Shown one piece after another: positions 50,917 to 60,600 of a DNA stretch of 64,000 nt; within the stretch, counting starts at the first letter, position 1, and each line of letters starts with the position of its first letter. Below the pieces are notes generated by a model that was not told the origin of the DNA, did not search any database, and saw only the letters and a program-made list of their open reading frames with translations. Made by a program: the position numbers and the translations under genes. Source of the DNA: an uncultured delta proteobacterium. GTDB lineage: Bacteria; Desulfobacterota; Desulfomonilia; Desulfomonilales; Desulfomonilaceae. Location: positions 1,248,001 to 1,312,000 of the forward strand of contig CAWBKB010000001.1 of assembly GCA_963789265.1 (NCBI GenBank). Direction: 5' to 3'.

Positions 50917-51837
50917 CTAGTAGCCGACCTTGTCCAGACCTTTGAGGCCGAGGATCTTGCGGCCCTCCTCGGGTGTGGCCGGCTCGATGCCGAATTCTTT
51001 GGCGATCCGAATGATTTTTTGTACTTGCTCTGCGTTGCTTCTTGCCAGAATTCCCTTTTCCAGGTAGAGGTTGTCCTCCAAGCCCACCCGGGCGTGACCG
51101 CCCATCAAAAGCGAATGAGTGCACATGCGAAACTGTGTGCTTCCGGCGGCACAGACGGAAAATTCAAATTCCGGTATCAGCTTGCGGGCGGTTTCCAGTA
51201 AGAAAACCAGGTTTTCAGGTGTGGCCGGAATACCTCCCAGGATACCCAGGACAAACTGAAGATAAACCGGGGTCTTAACGATTCCTTTTTCGATTAGAAA
51301 GGAGAGATTGTTAAGCATGCCGGTGTCGTAGATTTCAAATTCGGGTTTCGTCCCGGTTTGTGCGAAGATCCCCAAGAATTCACGCATAGTCTTGAAGGTG
51401 TTGGGGAAGATGAAGTCCTCGGTATTGAGGAGGTATTCTTCTTCCCAGTCGTATTGATACGTCTTGATTTTGTCCGCCACCTGGAAGAGGGCAAAATTCA
51501 AGGAGCCGGCGTTTAAGGAGGCCAGCTCGGGCTTTAAGGTTGAAGCGACCCTGACGCGCCGGGAGACCGGCTCCCCCAGACGGCCGCCGGTGGTTGTACA
51601 CAGGATAATATCGCAGTGCTTTTTCACTTCGGAAGCAATGGCAAGATATAGATCCTGGTCGGCGTTGGGTAGGCCGGTTTCTTGGTCGCGGACATGCACG
51701 TGGGCTACGGTGCCGCCGGCCGAATGCACGGCCAGGATTTCGTCCGTGATTTGACGGGCAGTCACGGGCAGGTGGGGCGACATGCTGGGAGTGTGAATAG
51801 ATCCGGTAATGGCCGCGGTAATAATAGCTTTGGACAT
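50917..51837 (-). CDS. Beta-keto acid cleavage enzyme (BKACE/DUF849); candidate triacetate acetoacetate-lyase
   Basis: IITAAITG, HVHVRD, PELASLNAGS, KPEFEIYD, RVGLEDN. Confidence 0.9.
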   Translation of the reverse strand: MSKAIITAAITGSIHTPSMSPHLPVTARQITDEILAVHSAGGTVAHVHVRDQETGLPNADQDLYLAIASEVKKHCDIILCTTTGGRLGEPVSRRVRVASTLKPELASLNAGSLNFALFQVADKIKTYQYDWEEEYLLNTEDFIFPNTFKTMREFLGIFAQTGTKPEFEIYDTGMLNNLSFLIEKGIVKTPVYLQFVLGILGGIPATPENLVFLLETARKLIPEFEFSVCAAGSTQFRMCTHSLLMGGHARVGLEDNLYLEKGILARSNAEQVQKIIRIAKEFGIEPATPEEGRKILGLKGLDKVGY

Positions 51838-51838
51838 A

Positions 51839-52774
51839 TCAATCATCCTGTTGTCGTTTTTTTTGAGAAGCGATCAGATGGAGCAAAAGTCCTTTCCGGA
51901 CTGCCGCCATCTTCTTTTGGTCCCAACTTGAAAATCCTTTCCCGGACTTAAATCCGAAATGTCCATCATTCACGAGCTTTTGGAGATAGGGCGACGGCCG
52001 CGGAGAACTTTCAATGTGCTTGAGGACGTAATCGTGGATAGAAAGTGTCAAGTCGGTTCCCACGAGGTCTGCGTTTTCCAAAGGTCCCAGGAACGGTAAC
52101 CGCAGGCCGAAGCTGTATTTCACGCACTCGTCGACTGTGGCGGCATCGGCGATGCCGTTTTCGACGATGGAGATGGCTTCGCGCCACAGTGCGTGTTGCA
52201 TTCTGTTGGCTACAAAGCCGGGCACATCCTTCTTGACCTTAACAGGATGCTTGCCTGCCTCTGCGAGCAAGCCGAAGATTCGATCAACAGTCTCCGGCGC
52301 CGTATCGCGGCCCGGCACCACTTCAACCAAGGGAATCAAGTAGGGCGGATTCCAAAAATGAGTTCCGACGATGCGCCTTCGACATCTTGAAGGGCTTGCA
52401 ATTTCTGTAATGCTGATCACTGAAGTGTTGGATGCCAGGACTGCTTGCTCGGGGCAATACTCATCCAATTGCTTGAATAGCCGTTGCTTGAGTTTCAGAT
52501 CTTCCGGAACCGCCTCGAAGACTACGTCCGCCTTAGCAACGCCCTCGCGCAGATTCGTTGTGAAACAAATGCCATCGAGTCCCGTTTCCTTTTTTCGCGC
52601 CGATATCACACCGTTTTCGAACAGGAGTGTCAAATTGGCTTGAATCTGTTCCCGTGCGTGGTTCAGCACTTGTTCGCTAATATCCACCAAGGTGACCGGA
52701 TGCCCTTCAACGGCAAAAATCATGGCAATGCCATGTCCCATCAACCCTGCGCCGACAACGACAATTTGTTCCAT
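51839..52774 (-). CDS. 3-hydroxyacyl-CoA dehydrogenase family NAD enzyme; candidate 3-hydroxy-5-oxohexanoate dehydrogenase
   Basis: GAGLMGHG, EAVPEDLKLK, SNTS, THFWNPPYLIPLVE, GFVANR. Confidence 0.88.
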   Translation of the reverse strand: MEQIVVVGAGLMGHGIAMIFAVEGHPVTLVDISEQVLNHAREQIQANLTLLFENGVISARKKETGLDGICFTTNLREGVAKADVVFEAVPEDLKLKQRLFKQLDEYCPEQAVLASNTSVISITEIASPSRCRRRIVGTHFWNPPYLIPLVEVVPGRDTAPETVDRIFGLLAEAGKHPVKVKKDVPGFVANRMQHALWREAISIVENGIADAATVDECVKYSFGLRLPFLGPLENADLVGTDLTLSIHDYVLKHIESSPRPSPYLQKLVNDGHFGFKSGKGFSSWDQKKMAAVRKGLLLHLIASQKKRQQDD

Positions 52775-52789
52775 GCCAATCCTTCTCTT

Positions 52790-53569
52790 CTAGCCCGCGG
52801 AGTAGCCACCATCCACGTTGAGAATTGCTCCGGTCATAAAATCTGAGGCCTTGGACGACAGATAGATCAGGGTACCAAGAAAGTCTTCGGGTTCGCCCAA
52901 TCGGCCTACGGGGATTCTTTTGAGGAAATTCAGATAGAATGCCTTGTCGTCGAACATCCATTGGGTCAAGGCGGTGCGGAAGACAGTGGGAGCTATGGCG
53001 TTGACATTGATTTTGTGCGGTCCCCATTCGCACCCCAAGGTTTTGGCCAAAAGATGAATGGCCCCTTTGGAGGGACTGTAGGCCGAGTAGTTGGCCATGC
53101 CCAGTTCGCCTCGCGCTGAACCAAGCAGCACCACTTTGCCGCCGCGGCCCTGGGCGATCATGACCTTGCCAACCTCTTTGCAGAAGAGATAGGTGCCCTT
53201 AACATTGGCATCCATGATCATTTCCCATTCTTCAAGCGGCTGCTGGACGATGGGGCCGGGTTTGTTGACGCCGGCGGCAGTGATAAGAATGTCGATGCCT
53301 CCGAAGGTGCTCAGAGTATCGGCTACGATTTTGGCTACGGCAACTGGGTCTGTGGGAGGCCCGGCCGAGAAAGCCGCCGTACCTCCGGCAGCTTCTATTT
53401 CGGCTATCAGGGATTTCAAGGTCTCTGGACTGCGGCCGGTCGCCATTATTTTTACACCGCTGGTTGCCAGTCCCAGACAGGCGGCTTTGCCGAATCCGCC
53501 CGTGGCACCGGTAATCAGGGCAACCTTGCCGGACACATCAAACAGAGCGCTTATTTCGTCCTTATTCAT
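52790..53569 (-). CDS. SDR oxidoreductase, probably NADPH-dependent; candidate phloroglucinol reductase
   Basis: TGATGGFG, basic residue after beta2 (TGRS), YSPSK, APTVFR; substrate call is from cluster context. Confidence 0.85.
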   Translation of the reverse strand: MNKDEISALFDVSGKVALITGATGGFGKAACLGLATSGVKIMATGRSPETLKSLIAEIEAAGGTAAFSAGPPTDPVAVAKIVADTLSTFGGIDILITAAGVNKPGPIVQQPLEEWEMIMDANVKGTYLFCKEVGKVMIAQGRGGKVVLLGSARGELGMANYSAYSPSKGAIHLLAKTLGCEWGPHKINVNAIAPTVFRTALTQWMFDDKAFYLNFLKRIPVGRLGEPEDFLGTLIYLSSKASDFMTGAILNVDGGYSAG

Positions 53570-53608
53570 GCTTCAACCTCGTGAGGGTTTGCTGTGTGAT
53601 CTTTGCTA

Positions 53609-53953
53609 TCAATCCGGATAATTGATGATTACCAGCATGCTGGCCGGCCTGGGCGTCTTATTTATCACGCTACGCCCCTCATTGGGGCCTAAATAAAGGG
53701 CATCCCACTGCCTCAAAACGTGCTCTTCGGTGCTGCTCTTGACGGTGATTTCCCCTTCCAGCACAAAGTAGATTTTCTCCAAGGGGTTGTCTTCGTAAGC
53801 CCACTCCGCACCGCCGCCCGGCAAAAAATGGGAGAGACCCATCCAGAATTTCTGCGCCCCGGTCTCTTCCTTGCCGATCAAGCGCATCGCGGTCATATTG
53901 AAATGCTTTGGAGCTCCATACGGCTTAACATCCTTAAGTTCCACCTTTTTCAT
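53609..53953 (-). CDS. Small cupin-domain protein
   Basis: SHFLPGGGAE...EKIYFVLEGE...LGPNEGRSV; RBS AGGGG. Confidence 0.85.
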   Translation of the reverse strand: MKKVELKDVKPYGAPKHFNMTAMRLIGKEETGAQKFWMGLSHFLPGGGAEWAYEDNPLEKIYFVLEGEITVKSSTEEHVLRQWDALYLGPNEGRSVINKTPRPASMLVIINYPD

Positions 53954-54038
53954 GCTTTCTTCGCCCCTTTCGCTAAAATTGGTCCGATGAGGTTCGGCGT
54001 GGCGAGGTTTACCCCGCCTGTGGCTCTCTAGATCTTTA

Positions 54039-55408
54039 TCACTGCCTTGAAAAGCTGTACTCATCCTGAACAAGCAGGATTGCGAGGGCAGCGACCAGAA
54101 CCGGGTACGGCCAAACCCATGAAGTTGACAAATAGTGACACCTTTATATGGATCAAAACGCCGGCCAGCGTCGGGCCAAAGATGGCACCCAGCCGACCGA
54201 TGCCGAAAGCGAAGCCCATCGCTGTGGATCGCATGGCCGGCGGATAGAATAGGGACACATAGCTGTTAGCCAGATTTTGCCCGGCAAAGTAACCGGTACC
54301 CGCCATGGCAACCAGAGTCGCCAACAAATAGAAATCTCTAGTTTGACTCAACAAAGCTATTGAGGCAAAGGCCGTCAAAAAACAAACAGCCAGCGTCGGC
54401 TTGGAGCCGCAACGGTCAGCAATTACCCCGGCAATCTGGCTTCCAAATAAAGCGGCCAGTTGAAGAATTAGCAAGAACAATAGCCCTGATCCCAGAGCAA
54501 AGCCGGCATTCATCATCAGTTTCGGCAACCAAATGCCAAGCCCGAAGATCATGTACATATTCATGAAAAACATGATCCAGAAACAGGATCGTGCTGAACC
54601 CACGGTGTTCACGAAAAAGATCAATAATCGGCGCCCTGCCCGAGCCTTTATCAATGTCAAAAGTTACATCGTCCGGGAAGGGCTCTGCCGGCCGTGCTCT
54701 CCTCAGGATTGCTTTCAATTCCGCAACACGGCCCTCAGCAATTAGACGAGTTGGAGATTCGGGCAGCATCTTCACATATACGGGTAGCAGAAGCAGCGGA
54801 AGAGCACCCAAGTAAAATACCGATCGCCAGCCGAACAAGGGGAAGAGCCATATACTGAAACCGGCGGCAGCTATGCCGCCGACTTGCATACCCGAAAAGA
54901 TCGCCGCAATCATCAGAGCCCGGTTCCTGAGAGGAGCGTACTCCGACGCCAAGGCGACTATGTTGGGCATGACCCCTCCAATTCCTAAGCCTGCGCAAAA
55001 ACGGCACAATCCAAACGTGCCGGGACCATGGGTCGTACCTGTCAACCCGGTGGCCAGGCTGAGCACAGCGACGCAGATGATGACGGCCACCTTTCGGCCG
55101 ATCTTATCCGCCAGCGAACCGAATATCAGTGCGCCTACCGCGGCTCCGATCAACGCATAACTGCCGATGACGCCGGCCTGGGTCGGGTTAATCCCAAACT
55201 CCTTCAGAAGTACAGGAACAGCCGCCCCGTAAATGACCAAGTCATAACCATCGAAGGTGATGATGCAAACTGACAACAAGAACAGGTACGCATGAAAGCT
55301 GGAAAACTTACTCTCATCGAGCCATTTGTTGACGTTCAAAACTGTGCATGTCGATGGGGGGCCGGCTTTTAATAGCCTGAGGTTCCCGGCCATCGTTTGT
55401 CCCTCCAT
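54039..55408 (-). CDS. Aromatic acid:H+ symporter (AAHS/BenK-like MFS); frameshifts at about 54582 and 54099
   Basis: FDGYDL, LADKIGRK, GLGIGGVMPN, LPESP, YPPAMRSTAMG, GRLGAI across joined frames. Confidence 0.85.
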
Positions 55409-55526
55409 CTTTTTTCCTTCGATGAGCGAATTCACGCGAGTTTCGATCTTGGGCGATGACTTGCCGTATATTCTCGAGGCGGCCGGCACGCAGCTATCTG
55501 CCGTGAAAGCAGAGGCATGTCATTGC

Positions 55527-56756
55527 TCATTCCACCGGGAAGTCTACAAACTTGCCGTTCTTCAGGTACCCTGCCTTCTCATACAGGTCGAACTGCGGAG
55601 GGGTGGCGCAACCGCTAGCGTTCATCGGACCGAGAGCGTCTTTGTGGTTTCCAGTCCCGTGTTTGACTAGCGCTGGAGCATAGAGAATGTCGCCGATCTC
55701 CGCTTCGATCCACCGGCTTTCCAAATAAGCCATACCCGGGGCGTCCCAGAAAATGATAGCGTCCTCTGATATGGGATGAACATGAGGTTTAAAGGCAATC
55801 CCCGGCAAATGGCAGGCATTGTGTAGCCCACAGTTTTTGGCCCCCACGCCGGGCCATACGATGAACTTCATGGCTCCGCCGTACCCATGGAAGGGAGCGC
55901 CGCGGTAAATGTTGAAGACCCCGCCCTTCCGAGCAACTTCGCTGTAACCGATCGCTTCCGCTCTGTATCTCCCACCCAGCTCGTTGGCCCTCATCACGCA
56001 TTCCCGCGGAATGGTGTCAGGCACCATGTTGAGCATCAGTTTGTCAACATCTTCGACTTTGAATTCGCCGTTCTGCATTAAGCCGATTTCCTGGTAAAAC
56101 TCTAGAGGAGAAGGGCAGATGTAAGCTAAGGCAACAAAATCTTCTTTGGAATTTGGAGCGCAGCGGGTACCAAACGGGACTCCCATGGGCACGAAAATGA
56201 CGTTGCCGGCCTCGATTCTTTCCCAGCCCGCCTCACCGAGATTGACTTCCCCAGCCCCCCGGATGCAGGTCATGCTCACTTCGGATATGACGCGAATCTG
56301 TGTGTCGAACTTACCGCCAGGCTTGTGAATAAGCAGGTGGAAGGAGACCATGCGTGTGCCTACGGCGGGCCAGCCGATAAGCCGGGTGATGCAACCCTTT
56401 CCGTTCTCGATGTCCAGGCCCTCGTTGATGTTGAAGATAGCCCCTCGAGTGCGAATCTCATCACGAGTGCGGTTATACGCGCGGGCAGGATCGTCTCTAA
56501 GCAGTGGAATTTGCACCTGAGTCTCCTCTAACATGCCTGTCATGCCGAGGAAGGAGTTCCTCCTCGCTGAAAAAAACCAGGCAATCTTGCCGTAATCGGA
56601 ACCGTCAAGACGTAAGGATCCGTCCGCCGTTGCGAAAATCCGCGAGCCAGATGTGCGCATCAACGGAAGAACACTGGAGCATCGCCGGTCATCTTTCCTT
56701 GCCGTCTCAAGCGAATGGAAAAACAATGCATTCTGCACCGGGGCGGTCGTTGACAA
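55527..56756 (-). CDS. Bicupin protein with a metal site only in the C-terminal cupin
   Basis: Internal duplication GAIFNI..IGWP../GGVFNI..IVWP..; C-terminal PHVHPISED...KHGTG; N-terminal counterpart TQIRVISEV...PFGTR. Confidence 0.75.
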   Translation of the reverse strand: MSTTAPVQNALFFHSLETARKDDRRCSSVLPLMRTSGSRIFATADGSLRLDGSDYGKIAWFFSARRNSFLGMTGMLEETQVQIPLLRDDPARAYNRTRDEIRTRGAIFNINEGLDIENGKGCITRLIGWPAVGTRMVSFHLLIHKPGGKFDTQIRVISEVSMTCIRGAGEVNLGEAGWERIEAGNVIFVPMGVPFGTRCAPNSKEDFVALAYICPSPLEFYQEIGLMQNGEFKVEDVDKLMLNMVPDTIPRECVMRANELGGRYRAEAIGYSEVARKGGVFNIYRGAPFHGYGGAMKFIVWPGVGAKNCGLHNACHLPGIAFKPHVHPISEDAIIFWDAPGMAYLESRWIEAEIGDILYAPALVKHGTGNHKDALGPMNASGCATPPQFDLYEKAGYLKNGKFVDFPVE

Positions 56757-56787
56757 CGCCGCCCCTTGAAAAGATCACCCGAATAAG

Positions 56788-57552
56788 TTAGTCCTCTTCT
56801 TCCAAAATGGCCACCAGGCGCACGATGGACCCGTCCCCTTTCTGCCAGCGGATGGGAAAGCCCGAGATGGTCACTCGTTTTCCGACGACCTGCTCCAAAT
56901 CGCCGCCAACGTTTTCCCATCCCATGATGCCGTTGCGCAACAGCAAGTTGTGGCACGGTTCCCAATACGGGAAATCTTCCTTCACCTCCCGGCCGGTCTC
57001 TCGTTTGTACTCTTCGCAAATGTCGGGCCTGAGGGGTCCTCCAGGGCCATGGGGGCCGATAGCCGTTCCCAGTGGATGATCCAGGGCCTGCTGATCCACG
57101 CCCACTGCTTTGACGCCCTTCTGAACAAACCACTCTCCGGCTTCTTTATACAGGCCCGGTGAGTAGCAGAAGTATTCCGTACTGTCGCCCCACTTTTTGT
57201 GCCAACCGGTATGAACGATAACGATATCGTCCTTTTCGATCTTGGGACGTGCGTTTTCCAGATCCTCAGCGGTGATGACGCCCCATTTACCCTTCGGAAT
57301 GTCAACAACCACACCGGTGCCGTAGTATTTTTCCAAAGGAATCTCATCGGTATACTGACCCCCTTCGAACACATGGGCCGGGGAGTCCGCATGAGTGGTG
57401 CAGTGCATGGTGGTGGTAATCACCTGGGAAAGGACCCCGGATTTGGCGTGGTAATGCATGCGTTCGATCTTGACATCCTGAAAATAGGGCCATAGCGGGC
57501 ATTTGTCCCCAAAGGGCTGACTGAGATCGACCAATCTAATCTTCTTGCTCAT
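56788..57552 (-). CDS. Cyclase family (kynurenine formamidase fold) metallohydrolase; candidate ring-opening cyclohydrolase
   Basis: DLSQP, HCTTHADSPAH, HTGW, GVDQQALDHP, H..LL..GI.G.ENVGG, GDGS.VR. Confidence 0.88.
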   Translation of the reverse strand: MSKKIRLVDLSQPFGDKCPLWPYFQDVKIERMHYHAKSGVLSQVITTTMHCTTHADSPAHVFEGGQYTDEIPLEKYYGTGVVVDIPKGKWGVITAEDLENARPKIEKDDIVIVHTGWHKKWGDSTEYFCYSPGLYKEAGEWFVQKGVKAVGVDQQALDHPLGTAIGPHGPGGPLRPDICEEYKRETGREVKEDFPYWEPCHNLLLRNGIMGWENVGGDLEQVVGKRVTISGFPIRWQKGDGSIVRLVAILEEED

Positions 57553-57607
57553 CGCTGTCGCCTCCTCTTTGCTTCGCATATTTTGGGTCGTCGTTTGGTT
57601 GAGGGGC

Positions 57608-57964
57608 CTACTCCTCAATTAGTGTTTTAGAGAGATCTTGCTCATCGTCCCTGAGTTTAACCACGAGATCAAAATCAGAGATGGCAGAGACGCTGTAAAA
57701 CCGCATGCTGGGTCTTTCGACGGCCATGTCCATAACGGCCAGGATGCCACGGAAATCAGCCGAACAAATGTGACGCTTTAGATGTTCGAAGGAATCCCAT
57801 TGCTCAAAAAGGATGAATTCGTTGTCGCATTTGACATCGATCCAGAGTTTGAAATGCCGACAGCCGGGCTGCACCGAAATCGGACCAAGGATGGTGTCAA
57901 AGATGCGCAAGGCTTCTTGAACCTTTGACTGAATCAAGCGCATGCGCAGAATCATCATGTTCAT
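57608..57964 (-). CDS. ABM (antibiotic biosynthesis monooxygenase)-like ferredoxin-fold protein
   Basis: VQPGC..F.L...EQWDS.EHLKRHI.S..F. Confidence 0.7.
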   Translation of the reverse strand: MNMMILRMRLIQSKVQEALRIFDTILGPISVQPGCRHFKLWIDVKCDNEFILFEQWDSFEHLKRHICSADFRGILAVMDMAVERPSMRFYSVSAISDFDLVVKLRDDEQDLSKTLIEE

Positions 57965-58028
57965 GAGAATGCCTGCTGGTTTGTGATATTTCGACATTAA
58001 TTTGATTAAGGTCAGTGACCAATCTTGT

Positions 58029-58044
58029 AACAATAAGCGTGCCA
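58029..58044 (-). promoter_or_regulatory. Putative sigma54 promoter of the catabolic cluster (imperfect -12)
   Basis: TGGCAC-gctta-TTGTT on the minus strand (GG-N10-GT), just downstream of a sigma54 activator gene, AT-rich tract upstream. Confidence 0.45.
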
Positions 58045-58203
58045 TATTGGGTCGACAGGTATCTTGCGATCGTAACATAGTGAAAAGAAATAGTTAAACT
58101 CTATTTGTTCGTATTCGCCAGAGGGCACGATGGAGAAAGAAACTAACGCCATTCCGCTAAGCTAACGAAATAGCGACAAAGAGAGGTGCCGGCCCATGAT
58201 GGG

Positions 58204-60054
58204 TCAGCGCCAAGTCGATGGGGATGAATCCAGTCGGACAATGTTCAATTTTTGCATTTTAGATCGCAGGGTGGACACCTTCAAGCCCAGTAGCCGAGCA
58301 GCTCCTCCGGGGCCGGAAATACGACCTCGAGACTTTCTTAGGGTGTGGAGAATATGATTGCGGATGACATCGTCCAGGAGCTGTTCGTCAGTCTGGATAC
58401 AGTCTTCGGTCTCAAGCAGTCCCACGGTCAATGTGTCACCACTGGTAAGAATCATTGCTCTTTCGATCACATTGCGCAACTGACGGACATTTCCCGGCCA
58501 GTCCTGAGCCTTGAGTAATTCCATGGTTTTGTTGGGGATATATTTTATGGATTTACCCATGCTTTGGGAAAATTCTTTCACAAAGGCCCACACCAGTAAG
58601 GGGATGTCTTCCTGACGCTCTCTTAAAGTCGGCATGGTGATGGGAAAGACATTGAGGCGGTAGTAGAGATCTCGCCGAAACTTCTTTAATTTAACCTGAT
58701 CTGCCAGATTGGAATTGGTGGCGGCAATCACTCGCACATCCACGGAGATGGTTTGTGCGCTGCCCAAGCGCTCAAAGCGATGGTCTTGGAGTACGCTTAA
58801 TAATTTGGCCTGAAGGTCGAGAGGCAAGTCCCCGATTTCGTCCAAGAAGAGGGTCGATTGGTTGGCGGCCTCAAAACGTCCGATTTGTTTGGCGGTGGCA
58901 CCGGTAAAAGCCCCTTTTTCGCGACCGAACAGTTCACCTTCGATTAACGTGGCGGGCAGTGCGGCACAATTGACTTTGATCATTGAGCGACCTTTGCGCG
59001 GGCTCATATTATGAATAGCCCGGGCCAAAATCTCCTTTCCGGTGCCCGTTTCTCCCAAAATGAGCACGCAGGTATCTTTTCCGGCAACTTTTTCTGCGGC
59101 TGCCAGAACCTTCTTTATGGGCAGGGTTTCACCTACAATATCCTCATGCCGGTAGCGGACCTCAATCTCCTCCCGTAAAAAGGTATTCTCCTGCTCCAGT
59201 TGATTTTTCAATTTCCGGATTTCTTCAAGGGCACTTTTCAGCTTGTTTTCCGCTCGCTTGCGTTCGGTCACGTCCCGCGTCAAGGATAACAGGAGGGACT
59301 GGTTAAGGAAATCAAGCCGGCTCAAGCGGACTTCCACCGGGAAGGTGCGCCCATCTTTTCGCCGTTGGGTACCCTCGAAGGTGATATATTCTCCCGAAGC
59401 GAGCCGTTCCCAAAAGCGGTTGCGATGCCTACTTTGAGAAACTTCCAAATCGATGTCAGCGATATTCATCTTCAAGAGTTCGTGCCGGTCGTATCCCAGG
59501 CTTCGACACGCCTCCTGATTGACATCGTAGATATGACCGGCATAGTCGTGGACAAAGAAGGCATCACCGGCTTGTTCTACCAATGTCCGAAATCGGCTTT
59601 CACTTTCGTGCAGGGTAGCTTCGGCTTTTTTCGATGCCGTGATATCCTGAACAAAGCCTTCACTGACTATGTGGCCATCGGCGGTTTTTGCGGGGTGTGC
59701 GCTGATGCTGATCCAGATCGTCTCCCCGTCCATGCGCTTGGCTTGGGCTTCGACTGAATCGACAAACCCGCGGCTGCTCATTTCCGCCACCATGAGATGA
59801 CGATCCTCTGGATGGACCCACAGCTCGCGGGCGTTGGTCACCGATGCCAGGAAAGCCTTTTCGGATTCGTAACCGAATATTTCGGCCATTTTTCGATTCA
59901 CCCAATGAAATTGGCCTTGCAGGGTCACTCGGAAGACCCCCAGGACTGCATGGGCAACTAAATCTTTCCATAGCTTTGCTTCTGAAGATAACTGCGCATT
60001 GCTGCTAAGTAGTCGGTTATTTTCCTCTTTCAGCCGCTTGATCTCTTCAGTCAT
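58204..60054 (-). CDS. PAS-PAS sigma54-dependent activator (FhlA-like AAA+/HTH)
   Basis: Two PAS/PAC; GETGTGKE; GAFTGA; LFLDEIGD; WPGNVRQL; GAARLLGLK.STLRSKM. Confidence 0.95.
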   Translation of the reverse strand: MTEEIKRLKEENNRLLSSNAQLSSEAKLWKDLVAHAVLGVFRVTLQGQFHWVNRKMAEIFGYESEKAFLASVTNARELWVHPEDRHLMVAEMSSRGFVDSVEAQAKRMDGETIWISISAHPAKTADGHIVSEGFVQDITASKKAEATLHESESRFRTLVEQAGDAFFVHDYAGHIYDVNQEACRSLGYDRHELLKMNIADIDLEVSQSRHRNRFWERLASGEYITFEGTQRRKDGRTFPVEVRLSRLDFLNQSLLLSLTRDVTERKRAENKLKSALEEIRKLKNQLEQENTFLREEIEVRYRHEDIVGETLPIKKVLAAAEKVAGKDTCVLILGETGTGKEILARAIHNMSPRKGRSMIKVNCAALPATLIEGELFGREKGAFTGATAKQIGRFEAANQSTLFLDEIGDLPLDLQAKLLSVLQDHRFERLGSAQTISVDVRVIAATNSNLADQVKLKKFRRDLYYRLNVFPITMPTLRERQEDIPLLVWAFVKEFSQSMGKSIKYIPNKTMELLKAQDWPGNVRQLRNVIERAMILTSGDTLTVGLLETEDCIQTDEQLLDDVIRNHILHTLRKSRGRISGPGGAARLLGLKVSTLRSKMQKLNIVRLDSSPSTWR

Positions 60055-60519
60055 AGTAAACGAACCCATTCTTCAGAGACGGTGGGTGCAGTTTAGGCGG
60101 GCAAATCGGTTCCTCCCCCGACCAATCACGAGGTATCATTCCATTGACTTGCTCCGAAGGAAAAAGTCGGCGGACATACCTCCAGCCGACATTAGAGGGT
60201 TATTCAACCAAAGTCAATGATTGCATAATCCTCGCGATCACCCGGCATGGCGGTGTCGCGAACCACGACGTCACATGACGATTGTCGATCATCCGTTAGG
60301 CGCTCGGTTCAACTCTGATTTCGAAGCGATAAGGTCTGACATGCTCTTGATTCCGGCGATTAATCCCAACCTCCCAGAGCACCCTGACGATCCATGCAAC
60401 TGTAAAACGATTACGCTTGATCCCGACCTGCTATCGACCCCGGATACTGCCACAAAACTAACTCAGAATTCGGCCGCGGTAGGTCGCTCGTAACCATTCA
60501 CTTACGAGCGGTAAAGGAT

Positions 60520-60600
60520 TGTCATTGCGAGCGAAGCGAAGCAATCTCTTCCTCTAAACGCCACTTAGATTGCTTCGTCGTTTCACTCCTCGCAATGACA
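60520..60600 (+). repeat. RPE-like palindrome, copy 2
   Basis: Arms match 18873-18952. Confidence 0.85.

Noticed and set aside
50092..51201. 369-aa plus-strand ORF and other long antisense ORFs (44183..45049, 5047..5862, 19738..20565)
   Set aside because: Shadow frames opposite well-supported genes, with no motifs
50917..52774. Lysine fermentation (kce) or carnitine catabolism
   Set aside because: No kamA/kdd/kal or carnitine/betaine genes; context is aromatic uptake and ring reduction
56788..57552. Kynurenine formamidase (kynB) for tryptophan catabolism
   Set aside because: No kynA/kynU nearby; variant HCTTH motif and neighbours favour a different hydrolase
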